A DNA stretch of 47,364 nucleotides, from assembly GCA_046597055.1 (NCBI GenBank), contig JBKJLC010000098.1:1-47364 (forward strand), written 5' to 3'. Made by a program: the position numbers and the translations under genes. Source of the stretch: Kofleriaceae bacterium (GTDB taxonomy: Bacteria; Myxococcota_A; Polyangia; Haliangiales; Haliangiaceae). Shown in pieces: positions 8,806 to 21,473 of the stretch; the stretch's first letter is position 1; each line of letters opens with the position of its first letter. A model generated the notes under the pieces. That model did no database searches. It was given only the letters and a program-made list of their open reading frames with translations, and was not told the DNA's origin.

Positions 8806-9741
8806 TCACGCCGGCGCCGCGAGGCCGGCCTGATCGACCAGCAGCCGCCACAGCGCGGCGCGCTCGCTCGCCGAGGCGCGGAGGCCGGGCACGCGGTGGG
8901 CCGGACGGTGGCGGCGGTCGAGGTACACGCCGCCCGCGGCCAGCTGCGCGCGCGGCGCGCCCGCCAGCCACGCGATCGTGTCGGCGCCTTGCTCGGGCGT
9001 GCGCAGGATCGGACGGGTGAGGCGGTAGAAGCGGGGCAGGGCGTCGCGCACGGCGGCGGTGTCGGCCCAGCCGGGGTGCATCGCGACGAACCCGACGTCG
9101 CCGATGCGGGCGTCGAGCGCGGTGACCAGCTCGACCTGGGCCCGCTTGGCCGCGGCATAGGCGCGAACCCCGTCGAAGCGGCCGGGCGCGCGCCAGGCGT
9201 CGAGGTCGAGGCGGGCCAGGTACATGCCACCCGACGACACGAACACCACCCGCGGCGACGACGCCGCGCGCAGCCGCGGCAGCAGGCGCGCGGTCAGCGC
9301 GAACGGGCCGAGCACGTGGGTGGCCCAGGTCTGCTCGACGCCGTCCTCGGTGAGCTCGCGCGTCTGGGCCAGGGCGCCGGCGCCATGGACCAGCAGGTCG
9401 ATCTGCGCCGGCAGCCGTGTGGCCAGCGCCGCGACGTCGGCGAGGCGCCCGACATCGCAGCGCTCGAACCGACCGTGGCCGCCGGCGGCGTCGACCTCGG
9501 CGGCCGCCGCGGCGCCGCGAGCGTGGTCGCGGCCGACCACGATGACGTCGGCCCCCGCGGTGCCCAGCAGGCGCGCGGCGGCCCGGCCGATGCCCGAGGT
9601 GCCGCCGGTGATCACGCAGGTGCGGCCGGCCAGCGACGGCAGCGGCCCGAAGCCGGCGCGGCGGAGCGCCAGGCCGGCCCGGCCGTAGGAAAGCGGCGGG
9701 ACCCAGTCGAGGGCGCGATCGAGAAGTGTGGGCAGGCGCAT
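8806..9741 (-). CDS. Short-chain dehydrogenase/reductase (DHRS12-like)
   Basis: ITGGTSGIG; VSSGGMY; YAAAK; MHPGWADT. Confidence 0.92.
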   Translation of the reverse strand: MRLPTLLDRALDWVPPLSYGRAGLALRRAGFGPLPSLAGRTCVITGGTSGIGRAAARLLGTAGADVIVVGRDHARGAAAAAEVDAAGGHGRFERCDVGRLADVAALATRLPAQIDLLVHGAGALAQTRELTEDGVEQTWATHVLGPFALTARLLPRLRAASSPRVVFVSSGGMYLARLDLDAWRAPGRFDGVRAYAAAKRAQVELVTALDARIGDVGFVAMHPGWADTAAVRDALPRFYRLTRPILRTPEQGADTIAWLAGAPRAQLAAGGVYLDRRHRPAHRVPGLRASASERAALWRLLVDQAGLAAPA

Positions 9742-9752
9742 GTGATTCAGCG

Positions 9753-9851
9753 CGACAGCGCGATGACGCTGTCGAATATCACGACAAGGGACGCCGGCGC
9801 CGGCTTAAAGGTTACCGGCACCCCGGCCGTAACTTCGCGAGCAAAGGTAAC
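9753..9851. promoter_or_regulatory. Divergent promoter region with operator-like inverted repeats
   Basis: CGACAGCG-N6-CGCTGTCG (9753-9774); TGTCG-N7-CGACA (9770-9786); GTTAC...GTAAC (9811-9833). Confidence 0.35.
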
Positions 9852-9869
9852 GTCGGACCTGGGGCGCCC

Positions 9870-11174
9870 ATGGAACGAATCGCGATCATCGGGACCGGCA
9901 TTGCTGGGCTGTCCACCGCGCACCGGCTCCACCACGCCGGCCAGCACGATCTGACCTTGTTCGAGGCCGGGGCCCATGTGGGTGGCCACACCGCGACGGT
10001 CGACGTGCGCGTCGGCGGGCGCGACCACGCGATCGACACCGGCTTCATCGTCTACAACGAGCTGACGTACCCGCGGTTCACCCGGCTCCTGGCCGAGCTC
10101 GGGGTGGCGACCCAGGCGACCGACATGAGCTTCGGCGTCCGTGACGACGCGACCGGCCTCGAGTACTCCGCGGCCAGCGTGTCGAGCCTGTTCGCGCAGC
10201 GCCGCACGCTGGTCAGCCCGCGTCACTGGAAGATGCTGGCCGAGCTGGTGCGGTTCAATCGGATCGGCCGCGAGCTGCTCGGCACCGACGACGACGCCAC
10301 CACGCTCGATGCCTACCTGACCCGCCGCGGCTTCTCGCAGGCCTTCCGCGACCGCTTCATCATCCCGATGGGCGCCGCGATCTGGTCGGCGCCGCCCGGC
10401 GAGATGGGCCAGTTCCCGGCCCGCTACTTCGTCGAGTTCTTCACCAACCACCGCTTCCTCGACGTGTTCGGGCGACCGGTGTGGCGCGTGATCACCGGCG
10501 GATCGCGCCAGTACGTGGCACCGATGATCCGGCCGTTCGCGGACCGGATCCGGCTGCGGACGCCGGTCGAGCGGATCTGGCGGCGCGCTGGCGGGATCGA
10601 GCTGGCCACCGCGGGTGGCGTCGAGCGCTTCGACCGGGTCGTGCTCGCCTGCCACAGCGATCAGGCCCTCCGGCTGCTCGGTGACCCGACCGCGGCCGAG
10701 CGCGACGTGCTCGGCGCGATCGGGTACCAGCCCAACGACGTGGTGCTCCACACCGACACCTCGCTGCTGCCGCGCAACCGGCGGGCGTGGGCGGCGTGGA
10801 ACTACCACGTCGGCCGCGAGCGCGAAAAGGCCGCGACGGTCACCTACGACATGAGCGCGCTGCAGGGGCTCCGGGCGCCGGTGACCTTCTGCCTGACGCT
10901 CAACGAGACCGCCGCGATCGATCCGGCGACGATCCTGGGCCAGTACACCTACGATCATCCGGTCTACACCGCCCGGGCCCGCGCGGCCCAGCAGCGGTGG
11001 CGTGAGGTGTGCCCCGGCGATGGCCGCACGCTGTTCGCGGGCGCGTACTGGTTCTACGGCTTCCACGAGGACGGCGTGCGCAGCGGGTACCGGGCCGCCG
11101 ACGCGGTGCTTGCCGCGGCGCGGGCGCCCGGCACCGCGGTCGGCCCCGACCCGGCGGTCGCGGCGGTCGCATGA
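9870..11174 (+). CDS. FAD-dependent oxidoreductase, COG2907 (UfaD-like fatty acid desaturase)
   Basis: IAIIGTGIAG; VGGHTATV; IDTGFIVYNELTYP; AWAAWNY; GAYWFYGFHEDG. Confidence 0.9.
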   Translation: MERIAIIGTGIAGLSTAHRLHHAGQHDLTLFEAGAHVGGHTATVDVRVGGRDHAIDTGFIVYNELTYPRFTRLLAELGVATQATDMSFGVRDDATGLEYSAASVSSLFAQRRTLVSPRHWKMLAELVRFNRIGRELLGTDDDATTLDAYLTRRGFSQAFRDRFIIPMGAAIWSAPPGEMGQFPARYFVEFFTNHRFLDVFGRPVWRVITGGSRQYVAPMIRPFADRIRLRTPVERIWRRAGGIELATAGGVERFDRVVLACHSDQALRLLGDPTAAERDVLGAIGYQPNDVVLHTDTSLLPRNRRAWAAWNYHVGREREKAATVTYDMSALQGLRAPVTFCLTLNETAAIDPATILGQYTYDHPVYTARARAAQQRWREVCPGDGRTLFAGAYWFYGFHEDGVRSGYRAADAVLAAARAPGTAVGPDPAVAAVA

Positions 11175-11977
11175 CCGGGCTGGTCCGCAGCGCGCTGTAC
11201 GTCGGCGAGGTGCGCCACCGCCGGTTCTCGCCGGTGACCAACGCCTTCACCTACCCGCTGTACATGACCTACCTCGATCTGGACGAGCTGGGCGCGTGCG
11301 ACGACGCGCTGTGGCCGCTGTTCGGCGTCCACCGCCCGGCGATCGCGCGGCTGCACCGCACCGATCACCTGGCCGGGCTCGGCCGCCGCGACCAGCCGCT
11401 GGCCGAGGTCGTGCGCGACGCGGTCGCCGAGGCCGGGGCGCCGCGCCCGCGCGGTCCGATCGGGCTGCTCACCCACGCCCGCCACCTCGGCTACGCGATG
11501 AACCCGGTGAGCTTCTTCTACTGCTGGGATCCGGCCGGCACCGCCCTCGAGGCGATCGTCGCCGAGGTCTCGAACACCCCCTGGGGCGAGCGGCACATCT
11601 ACGTGTTGCCGTCGGACGCCGCCGACGGAAAGCCCGGCGGCAAGCGCCGGCACCGGTTCGCCAAGGCGTTTCACGTGTCGCCGTTCCTGCCGCTCGAGCT
11701 CGGCTACGACTGGCGCTTCACGCCGCCCGGCGAGCGCCTGGTCGTGCACATGGAGTGCCTCGACCCGCGCGCGGCCGACGGGGTCGTGCTCGACGCGACC
11801 CTGACCCTCGCGCGGCGACCGCTCGATCGTCGCCACCTTGCCGGGGTGCTCGCCCGGTTCCCGGTCATGACCGGCGAGGTCGTCACCCGGATCTACTGGC
11901 AGGCGCTGCGGCTGTGGCTGAAGCGCGCCCCGATCTTCGACCACCCCCGGAACCGACCGAACGGAGCCCCGTCGTGA
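11171..11977 (+). CDS. DUF1365 family protein (UfaO-like)
   Basis: LYVGEVRHRR; MNPVSFFYC; AEVSNTPWGERH; KAFHVSPF; IYWQALRLWLK. ATGA overlap. Confidence 0.92.
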   Translation: MTGLVRSALYVGEVRHRRFSPVTNAFTYPLYMTYLDLDELGACDDALWPLFGVHRPAIARLHRTDHLAGLGRRDQPLAEVVRDAVAEAGAPRPRGPIGLLTHARHLGYAMNPVSFFYCWDPAGTALEAIVAEVSNTPWGERHIYVLPSDAADGKPGGKRRHRFAKAFHVSPFLPLELGYDWRFTPPGERLVVHMECLDPRAADGVVLDATLTLARRPLDRRHLAGVLARFPVMTGEVVTRIYWQALRLWLKRAPIFDHPRNRPNGAPS

Positions 11978-13257
11978 CCGCATCCTCGTCCCAACCGACC
12001 GTCACGTCGCGAGCTCTCTCGCGCGCGCTGCAGCGCACCGTCGCCACCCCGTTCGCGACCCGGCTCGCGCGCCGGGTCCTGTTCGCCAGCCTGGACGGCC
12101 TGGCCGAGGGCGTGCTGCGCATCGTCGACGCCGACGGGGTCACCACGTTCGGGCAGCCGACCCCGGGTTGCCAGCTCGACGTCACGGTCGAGGTGCACGA
12201 TCCGCGGCTCTACCTCGCGGCGCTGCTCGGCGGGACGCTCGCGATCGGTGAGCAGTACATGACCGGGGGCTGGCGCTCGAACGACCTGACCGGCCTGATC
12301 CGGCTGCTCGCGCGCAACCGCGGCGTCATGCAGGGGCTCGAGCGCGGGCTGACCGTGGCCAGCGCGCCGCTGCGCCGGGTCCACGCGCTGCTCACGCGCA
12401 ACACCCGCGCCGGCAGCCGTCGCAACATCGCCGCACACTACGACCTCGGCGACGAGTTCTTCCGGCTGTTCCTCGACGAGTCGATGACCTACTCGGCGGC
12501 GCTCTACCAGCGCGCCGATCAGTCGTTGTTCGACGCGCAGCTGGCAAAGTACGACCGCATCTGCCAGCAGCTCCGCCTGGTGCCGGCCGACCACCTCGTC
12601 GAGATCGGGACCGGCTGGGGCGGGTTCGCGATCCACGCCGCGTCGCAGTACGGGTGCCGGGTCACCACCACGACGATCTCGCGGCGCCAGCACGCCGAGG
12701 CCACCCGGCGCATCGCCGCGCGCGGGCTGACCGACCGGATCGAGGTCCGGCTCGACGACTACCGCGATCTGCGCGGCCGCTACGACAAGCTGGTCTCGAT
12801 CGAGATGATCGAGGCGGTCGGGCGCGAGCACTTCGGGAGTTACTTCGGCGCGATCGAGCGCCTGCTCCGGCCCGAGGGCGAGGCCCTGATCCAGGCGATC
12901 GTGATCAGCGACCAGGACTTCGAGCAGGCCGCGGCCGAGATCGACTTCCTCAAGCGCTACATCTTCCCGGGCAGCTGCATCCCGTCGGTCACCGCGCTGC
13001 TCGACGCCGCGACCGCGCACAGCGATCTCCGGCTGCGCCAGCTTGACGACCTGACCCCGCACTACGCGACCACGCTCGCCGAGTGGCGGCGCCGCCTGCT
13101 GGCCAGCACCGAGCAAGCGCGCGGGCTCGGCTTCGACGACCTCACCCTGCGCGCGTGGGACTACTACCTCGCGTACTGCGAGGGTGGCTTTCGCGAGCGC
13201 TACATCGGCGTGCACCACATGCATCTGGTGCGCCCGGGCTGGCGAGATCCGGCGTGA
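11974..13257 (+). CDS. cfa: Cyclopropane-fatty-acyl-phospholipid synthase family methyltransferase
   Basis: NIAAHYDLG; MTYS; EIGTGWGG; SIEMIEAVG; RYIFPG; YYLAYCEGGF. GGAG before GTG; GTGA overlap. Confidence 0.9.
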   Translation: MTASSSQPTVTSRALSRALQRTVATPFATRLARRVLFASLDGLAEGVLRIVDADGVTTFGQPTPGCQLDVTVEVHDPRLYLAALLGGTLAIGEQYMTGGWRSNDLTGLIRLLARNRGVMQGLERGLTVASAPLRRVHALLTRNTRAGSRRNIAAHYDLGDEFFRLFLDESMTYSAALYQRADQSLFDAQLAKYDRICQQLRLVPADHLVEIGTGWGGFAIHAASQYGCRVTTTTISRRQHAEATRRIAARGLTDRIEVRLDDYRDLRGRYDKLVSIEMIEAVGREHFGSYFGAIERLLRPEGEALIQAIVISDQDFEQAAAEIDFLKRYIFPGSCIPSVTALLDAATAHSDLRLRQLDDLTPHYATTLAEWRRRLLASTEQARGLGFDDLTLRAWDYYLAYCEGGFRERYIGVHHMHLVRPGWRDPA

Positions 13258-14048
13258 TCGGCCTGGTGCTGGTCGGCTGGGCCCTGGTCGCGGTCGCGCA
13301 GCTCGGGCTGTGGTGGGAGCAGCGGCGCAGCGGCGACGCTAGCCTGGTCGACGTCGGCTGGAGCGCGGCGCTGGTCGTGCTGGCTGGCCTCTACGCGCTC
13401 GCCGGCGATGGGCTCGCCAGCCGGCGCGGCCTGGTCGGCGCGATGGCGATGATCTGGGGCGGCCGGCTGGCGTGGCACCTGCTCCGCCGGATCCTCGGCG
13501 GTGGACCGCGTCACGAGGATGGCCGCTACCGCGAGCTGCGCGCGCGCTGGGGCGCCCACGCGGGGCGGAACTTCCTGATCTTCTTCCAGATCCAGGCCAG
13601 CTGGTCGGTGCTGTTCTCGATCCCGATCCTGATCGCGATGGGCGCCGACCGGCCGCTCGGCTGGCAGGACGGCCTCGGCGCGACGATCTGGGCGATCGGC
13701 GTGGTCGGCGAGACCGTCGCCGACCGGCAGCTCGCGCGGTTCCGCGCCCAGCCAGCCAACCGGGGTCGCACCTGCCGCGACGGCCTGTGGCGCACGTCGC
13801 GCCACCCCAACTACTTCTTCGAGTGGATCACCTGGTGGTCCTACGTCGTGATCGCCTGGGGCGCGCCGTACGGCTGGGTCGCCCTGATGGGCCCGGTGCT
13901 GATGTTGCTGTTCCTCTACAAGGTCACCGGCATTCCGTACACCGAGGCCCAGGCGCTGCGCAGCCGCGGTGACGACTACCGCGCCTACCAGCGAACCACG
14001 AGCGCGTTCGTGCCCTGGTTCCCGACCCCCGATCCGAAGGAGGCCTGA
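13254..14048 (+). CDS. DUF1295 family membrane protein (steroid 5-alpha-reductase-like)
   Basis: [46 protein letters not shown]. Confidence 0.92.
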   Translation: MIGLVLVGWALVAVAQLGLWWEQRRSGDASLVDVGWSAALVVLAGLYALAGDGLASRRGLVGAMAMIWGGRLAWHLLRRILGGGPRHEDGRYRELRARWGAHAGRNFLIFFQIQASWSVLFSIPILIAMGADRPLGWQDGLGATIWAIGVVGETVADRQLARFRAQPANRGRTCRDGLWRTSRHPNYFFEWITWWSYVVIAWGAPYGWVALMGPVLMLLFLYKVTGIPYTEAQALRSRGDDYRAYQRTTSAFVPWFPTPDPKEA

Positions 14049-14049
14049 C

Positions 14050-15087
14050 ATGCTCGCGACAACGATCGAAGCCGCCGAGCGCGGCTGGTTGCCCGACCCG
14101 GTGGTCCGCACCGGCATCCAGTGGCTCCTGCGCACGCGGATCGCCGGCGAGCGACGGAGCGCTGACCAGCTGCGCCGCGCCCAGCAGCAGTTCGTCGAGG
14201 AGCTGCGCGCGAGCCCGATCGCGCTCGCGGTCGAGGCAGCCAACCAGCAGCACTACGAGGTCCCCGCCGACTTCTTCGGGCTGGTGCTGGGCGCGCACCG
14301 CAAGTACTCGAGCTGCTGGTTCCCGCCCGGCGTGACCCGCCTCGACGCCGCCGAGGCCGCGATGCTGGCGCTGACCGTCGAGCGGGCCGGGCTCGAGGAC
14401 GGGATGGCGATCCTCGAGCTCGGCTGCGGCTGGGGCTCGTTGACCCTGTACATGGCGGCGCGATTCCCGCGCGCGCGGATCACCGCGGTGTCGAATTCGG
14501 CGTCGCAGCGCGCGTACATCGAGGCCGCGTGCCAGCAGCGCGGGCTCGGCAACGTCACCGTCATCACCGCCGACATGAACCAGTTCGTGCCGCCGGCCGC
14601 GGGCAGCTACGACCGGGTGGTGTCGGTGGAGATGTTCGAGCACATGCGCAACTACGACGCGCTGCTGGCGCGGATCGCGGGCTGGCTGGCGCCGGCCGGC
14701 AAGCTGTTCGTCCACATCTTCTGCCACCGCAGCGCGGCCTATCCGTTCGTCGCCGACGACGCGCCCGACAACTGGATGGGCCGGTGGTTCTTCACCGGCG
14801 GGATCATGCCGTCCGACGACCTGCTGCTCTACTTCCAGCGCGACCTGCGGGTCGAGGAGCACTGGCGGGTGAGCGGCGTCCACTACGCGCGCACCGCGCG
14901 GGGATGGCTCGACAACCTCGATGCCCGGCGCGAGCCGGTGCGCGTGGTGCTGGCCCGGACCTACGGCGCGCGCGATGCCGACCGCTGGCTCCACCGCTGG
15001 CGCATCTTCTTCATGTCGTGCGAGGAGCTGTTCGGCTGGCGCGATGGCCAGGAGTGGTGGGTGTCGCACTACCTGTTCGGTCGCTGA
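14050..15087 (+). CDS. SAM-dependent methyltransferase, Cfa/coclaurine N-methyltransferase-like
   Basis: [55 protein letters not shown]. Confidence 0.92.
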   Translation: MLATTIEAAERGWLPDPVVRTGIQWLLRTRIAGERRSADQLRRAQQQFVEELRASPIALAVEAANQQHYEVPADFFGLVLGAHRKYSSCWFPPGVTRLDAAEAAMLALTVERAGLEDGMAILELGCGWGSLTLYMAARFPRARITAVSNSASQRAYIEAACQQRGLGNVTVITADMNQFVPPAAGSYDRVVSVEMFEHMRNYDALLARIAGWLAPAGKLFVHIFCHRSAAYPFVADDAPDNWMGRWFFTGGIMPSDDLLLYFQRDLRVEEHWRVSGVHYARTARGWLDNLDARREPVRVVLARTYGARDADRWLHRWRIFFMSCEELFGWRDGQEWWVSHYLFGR

Positions 15088-15248
15088 CAGAACTTCGCCG
15101 ACCGACGCGTGCGACGGCGCGTCGGTGATGGCGACGTAACCAAACCGCCCACGGGAGTGGATCGAGTCCAATTCCGCTCCCGCCAACGAGGTCGTCAGTC
15201 GATGCGGCAACGACGCTGACACAGGGGCCTGCGGTATCATGGTGCTCC

Positions 15249-16385
15249 ATGGGCGCACTTGACCTGTTCATCCGGGACCGCACGGTGCCGTTGCTGCTCC
15301 CCGGTGAGCAGATCATAGGTTGCGCGCACCTTCGCCAACCCATCAAGTTCAATGCGTTCGGCGTCCCCCAGAGGTACCTGCACTGGTTGGCCGCAGCAAC
15401 CAGCACACGCCTGATCCTCATGCGGACCGAAGCCGGCGGGATTTTCGGCCAGAAGCCACAGGCCCAGGCCGGCGACCTCGTGATCTGGGAGTACGACGAG
15501 ATCCAGGGCGTCACGACCGGGCTCATCGAAGGTCTGGCTGTGCACTCGGGCGGGCAGGGCCACTGGTTCGCTGTGACCGCGTGGCCCAAGGCTGGACCAG
15601 GCAACGGCGGGTCGCCGGTCCGCTACGACGTCTATCCGGAAGCGCAGGAGCTCTCCGAACAGTCGACTTTCATGATCAATTATCCGCGCTGGCTGGCAGC
15701 GCAGGTCACCGCTGGTGCGTACCCGATGCCGCCGGAAAAGCGGTCGCGGTTCGCCGCCGCCTTGGCCGTCGACGCAGCCCAGGCCGCGCGCGCGCAGCAA
15801 GCGCACGACGCCTTCATGCAAAAGGCGATGCCGGTGGTAGTTCGCGTGGTCGTGGCATGCACGATCCTGGGACTCGCTGTCTTGAGCGGCCAGATCGCAC
15901 GCCGCCAGTTCACGCTTTCCGATGACGGAGGTGAGGCCACACCACCACAATACAAGCGCGAGCCGGTCGAGCGCGCCCAACGCAAGCTCGCGTCGGTTAC
16001 TGCCGGCAACGCGCCCCTTGACGACTGCAGCGGTGAGGAGAGAAACCGCGGCGCGTGCGGGCTTTGCAAGATGCACACCGGCACCTACGACACCGTCGTG
16101 CCGCCCACCCCGCCGGGCACCGTCATCTACCATGTGGCAGGCGACAACCCGAACATCACGTACGCGTGTGCGCCGGTGGCTACCTACGAAGCGGAACTCC
16201 GTGCTGCCGAGGCAGCCTTCAACGACGCCAAGGCGGAGAACGTGGTCTCCCGTAAACATCATGTCCGCGTCGGCATCGCCTCAGCCGTTGGCGCCGTGCT
16301 GCTCGTCGGGCTTGGGTTTTGGCTCCTGCGATGGGACCGCCGTCGCAGCCGCCGCGCCCGGTCCGCCCAACCAAGCGATGGGTAG
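15249..16385 (+). CDS. Hypothetical membrane protein (possible N-terminal bacterial PH-like domain, two TM segments)
   Basis: 378-aa ORF with TATCAT -10 box 8 nt upstream; LPGEQI...AATSTRLIL...YDEI pattern; two hydrophobic stretches round a Cys-containing loop; more A/T at third codon positions. Confidence 0.65.
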   Translation: MGALDLFIRDRTVPLLLPGEQIIGCAHLRQPIKFNAFGVPQRYLHWLAAATSTRLILMRTEAGGIFGQKPQAQAGDLVIWEYDEIQGVTTGLIEGLAVHSGGQGHWFAVTAWPKAGPGNGGSPVRYDVYPEAQELSEQSTFMINYPRWLAAQVTAGAYPMPPEKRSRFAAALAVDAAQAARAQQAHDAFMQKAMPVVVRVVVACTILGLAVLSGQIARRQFTLSDDGGEATPPQYKREPVERAQRKLASVTAGNAPLDDCSGEERNRGACGLCKMHTGTYDTVVPPTPPGTVIYHVAGDNPNITYACAPVATYEAELRAAEAAFNDAKAENVVSRKHHVRVGIASAVGAVLLVGLGFWLLRWDRRRSRRARSAQPSDG

Positions 16386-16548
16386 GTCGTGAGCAGATCG
16401 CGCAGCGGGCCTGCCCCCGGTAACTACCTCGGGATCCGCACCGAGCTTGCCGGACCGCCCGGTCCGTCGTGGTCGCAACCTCCGAGTACCCCGACCAAGC
16501 GCACGCGTCTCTCTCGGTTCGATCGGAGGGGCATGCCAGGTCTGGCGC

Positions 16549-18694
<2,146 letters not shown>

Positions 18695-18714
<20 letters not shown>

Positions 18715-19300
18715 CGCGCTCCGCCGCCTTGCGCAGGCGCTCCTTGATTCGCTCGTACCGCTTGCGCAAGGCGGCGAGGTCGGCGGCCGCGTCGCCGGCG
18801 CCCATCACCTGGGCGACCTCGCTCCACGCCATGCCGCGATCGAGGCGCAGCGTCAGCAGCGACTGATCGGCCGGCGCGAGCCCGGCCCGCATGCGCTCGA
18901 GCCACTGCAGCGAGCCGGTCTTGCGGTAGGCCGCGGTCGACAGCCGGACCTCGGCGACCAGCTGGCCCGCCAGGCTCGACCGCAGCGCGGTCGCGCGCCG
19001 CCGACCCGGATGGTTGCGCAGGCGCATCGCGGTGCGCCACGCGATCCGGTACGTCCACGTCTTCACCAGGCTGTCGCCCCGGAACCGGTGCAGGCCGGTC
19101 AGCAGGTGGACCGCGACGTCCGCGAGCACGTCGCGCGCGGCGTCTTCGTCGCGCAGGACCACCGCCAGGTAGCCGCACAGGCCAGGCCCGAGCACGTCCA
19201 GGATCGCCGCGGCCGCCGCCCCGACGTCCCCGCGCGCGCACAGCGCCGCGACCTGCTCGTCGAGCGACGCCTCGCGCGGCCGGGGCTGGGGCGCGTTCAC
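18695..19300 (-). CDS. ECF RNA polymerase sigma factor (myxobacterial type)
   Basis: Region 2: GYLAVVLRDEDAARDV...FRGDSLVKTWTYRIA. Region 4: LLTLRLDRGMAWSEVAQVM. TAGAAT 6 nt upstream of GTG. Confidence 0.88.
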
Positions 19301-19390
19301 GGCTGCATTCTATGCGCCCACGCGCGGGTCATCGGCGTCACATTCCGCCGCGAGCTGCACTGTGTTCACGACTCATCGCCGGGAGAACCC

Positions 19391-20377
19391 ATGCTGCTCA
19401 AGACTTCTGTATGCAACCCCACGCTTCGCGGCTCGCGACTGCGCGCGTGCGCGCGCCTCGTCGTCGTGGTCCTCGCGGCCGGCTGTGCCGGCAGCGACGG
19501 GACCTCGTCCCCGGGCGACCCGCCCGACGCCCGCGCCGGGATCGGCCCGCCGGTCGACGCGCCCGATGACGCCACCAGCGCCGTCGACGCTGGGCTCGAC
19601 GCGCCCGCGTGCGCGGCTGCGACCTGGGCCCCCGGCACCCACGAGGTCGTCGCGCTCGCCCACGACGGACGCGACCGCTCGTACGTGCTCCACGTCGGCA
19701 CCGGGGTCGACCCCGACCAGCCGGTGCCGCTCCTGCTGAACTTCCACGGCTACACCAACAACCCCGACCTCCAGGCCAGCTTCTCGCGCATGAACGCGCT
19801 CGCCGACAGCGAGGGCTTCGTCGTCGTCTATCCGCGCGGCGTCGACTCGTCGTTCAACGCGGGGAGCTGCTGCGGCACCGCGTCGAGAGAGAACGTCGAC
19901 GATGTCGGCTTCACCCGCGCGATCGTCGCCGACGTGGCCGCGCACCTGTGCCTCGACCGCGGGCGCGTCTACGCCACCGGCTTCTCCAACGGCGGCTTCA
20001 TGTCGCACCGGCTCGCGTGCGAGGCCTCGGATCTGGTCGCCGCGATCGCGCCGGTCGCGGCCGCCAACGTCACCGCGAGCTGCACACCGTCGCGGCCGGT
20101 CCCGGTGATCGCCTTCCACGGCGATGGCGACACCGTGGTCTCGCTCGCCGATGGCACCGCCGCGGTCGCGGCCTGGGTCACGCGCAACCGCTGCACCGGC
20201 GGGCCGACCCGCACACCCCATGGCGCGTCACGCTGCGAGCGCTGGGCGACCTGCGCCGGCGGTGCCGCCGTCGAGCTGTGCACGATCGCGGGCGGCCGTC
20301 ACCTCTGGCCCGGTGCCACCGCCGACTACCCGGCGAGCCCGGCGATCTGGGCGTTCCTGCGCGGCTATCGGCTCTGA
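19391..20377 (+). CDS. PHB depolymerase family esterase (LpqC/LpqP-like) lipoprotein
   Basis: GGAG RBS; LAAGC lipobox; RSYVLH; LNFHG; FNAGSCCG; DDVGF; TGFSNGG; FHGDGD; GGRHLWP. Confidence 0.9.
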   Translation: MLLKTSVCNPTLRGSRLRACARLVVVVLAAGCAGSDGTSSPGDPPDARAGIGPPVDAPDDATSAVDAGLDAPACAAATWAPGTHEVVALAHDGRDRSYVLHVGTGVDPDQPVPLLLNFHGYTNNPDLQASFSRMNALADSEGFVVVYPRGVDSSFNAGSCCGTASRENVDDVGFTRAIVADVAAHLCLDRGRVYATGFSNGGFMSHRLACEASDLVAAIAPVAAANVTASCTPSRPVPVIAFHGDGDTVVSLADGTAAVAAWVTRNRCTGGPTRTPHGASRCERWATCAGGAAVELCTIAGGRHLWPGATADYPASPAIWAFLRGYRL

Positions 20378-20390
20378 TCCACGGCGCGCG

Positions 20391-21230
20391 TCAGCGCGGG
20401 CGGGACGGGGCCAGCCGGGCCTCGAGCCGGTCGGTGATGCGGCGCGCCCGGGTGACCAGGACGCGGAGGCCGGTGATCATGAGCCGGTCGAGGCCGGTGC
20501 GCAGCGCCGGCGTGGCTGGCGCCGCCGCCGCCGGTGGCGCCGGGCGCTCGATCGGCCGCTCGGGCGCCCGCTCCGTGGGCCGCTCGCCGGGTCGCTCGCC
20601 CCGACGCTCGGTGCGGCGCAAATCGGCCACGTGGCCGACGTGGAACGGCTCGGTGCGGGCGCGGCGCGTGACCCGGCGGGCTGGCACCGGGAGCTCGAGG
20701 GTGCCGGCCAGGACGCGAAACTTTCCGCCCGGGAAGCGCAGCAGCGCGCCGATGTGGTCGGGATCGCGGTCGCCGTTGAGGTCGACCTCCTCGAGGTCGC
20801 CGTCGCGGTAGGTGATGGTCCCGCGATCCCACTCGTGCACGACGGTGACGGTGACGGTCAGCGCGTGAGACTCGATGTGGCGCATGATCTGGATGAGCGG
20901 GGTCCGGGTCAGGTCGCCCTGGAACTCGGCGGCCGAGCCGAGGCTGCCCTCGAGGCCGGGGAGGCGCTGCACGACCTCGAAGGTGCCCTCGGTGAGTGAG
21001 GCCAGCGCGGCCAGCGCGTCGTCGCCGGTGAGCCCGTCGAGCTCGGCGCGCTCGACACTGCCGGTGTGCAGCTCGATCCGCGCGATGCGATCGCCGGCGT
21101 GGAAGACGACCTCGCCGGTGACGCGGCGGGCGCGGCAGCCGTCGAGCACGTCGGCGGGGGTGGTGGAGCCGAGGTCGCCCCGCACGCGGTTGGAGCTCAG
21201 GTGCGAGGAGGACACGACGTCTCGAGCCAT
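20391..21230 (-). CDS. Protein with tandem DUF4388-like domains
   Basis: Two repeats of (F/V)xGDL..T...L......TG/TV..V......G.I....G......GTFEV/GKFRV, then a low-complexity ERP-repeat tail. Confidence 0.75.
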   Translation of the reverse strand: MARDVVSSSHLSSNRVRGDLGSTTPADVLDGCRARRVTGEVVFHAGDRIARIELHTGSVERAELDGLTGDDALAALASLTEGTFEVVQRLPGLEGSLGSAAEFQGDLTRTPLIQIMRHIESHALTVTVTVVHEWDRGTITYRDGDLEEVDLNGDRDPDHIGALLRFPGGKFRVLAGTLELPVPARRVTRRARTEPFHVGHVADLRRTERRGERPGERPTERAPERPIERPAPPAAAAPATPALRTGLDRLMITGLRVLVTRARRITDRLEARLAPSRPR

Positions 21231-21242
21231 GCGCTCACGACG

Positions 21243-21258
21243 AGCACGTGGCGTGCCG
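21243..21258 (-). promoter_or_regulatory. Putative sigma54 promoter of the DUF4388 gene
   Basis: CGGCACG-CCAC-GTGCT, GG-N10-GC, with the ATG 13 nt after the GC. Confidence 0.55.
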
Positions 21259-21473
21259 AAGGCAACTGCGCGATGTCGCGCGCGCGGTCTGGGGACCCGT
21301 CTCCTGATTCCGGAGAGCGGCCCCCGGATTTCGACGAAGCCGCAACCCGGGTGCGCCAGTCTGCGGGCTTGCGGGGCTCGGCAGGGGCTGGCGTCCTGGC
21401 GAGCGTGGTGCGCGGGGGGAGGGTAGCGGGAGAGGGAGCGGGAGAGGGAGAGGCGTGGCGACTCGCGACGGTG

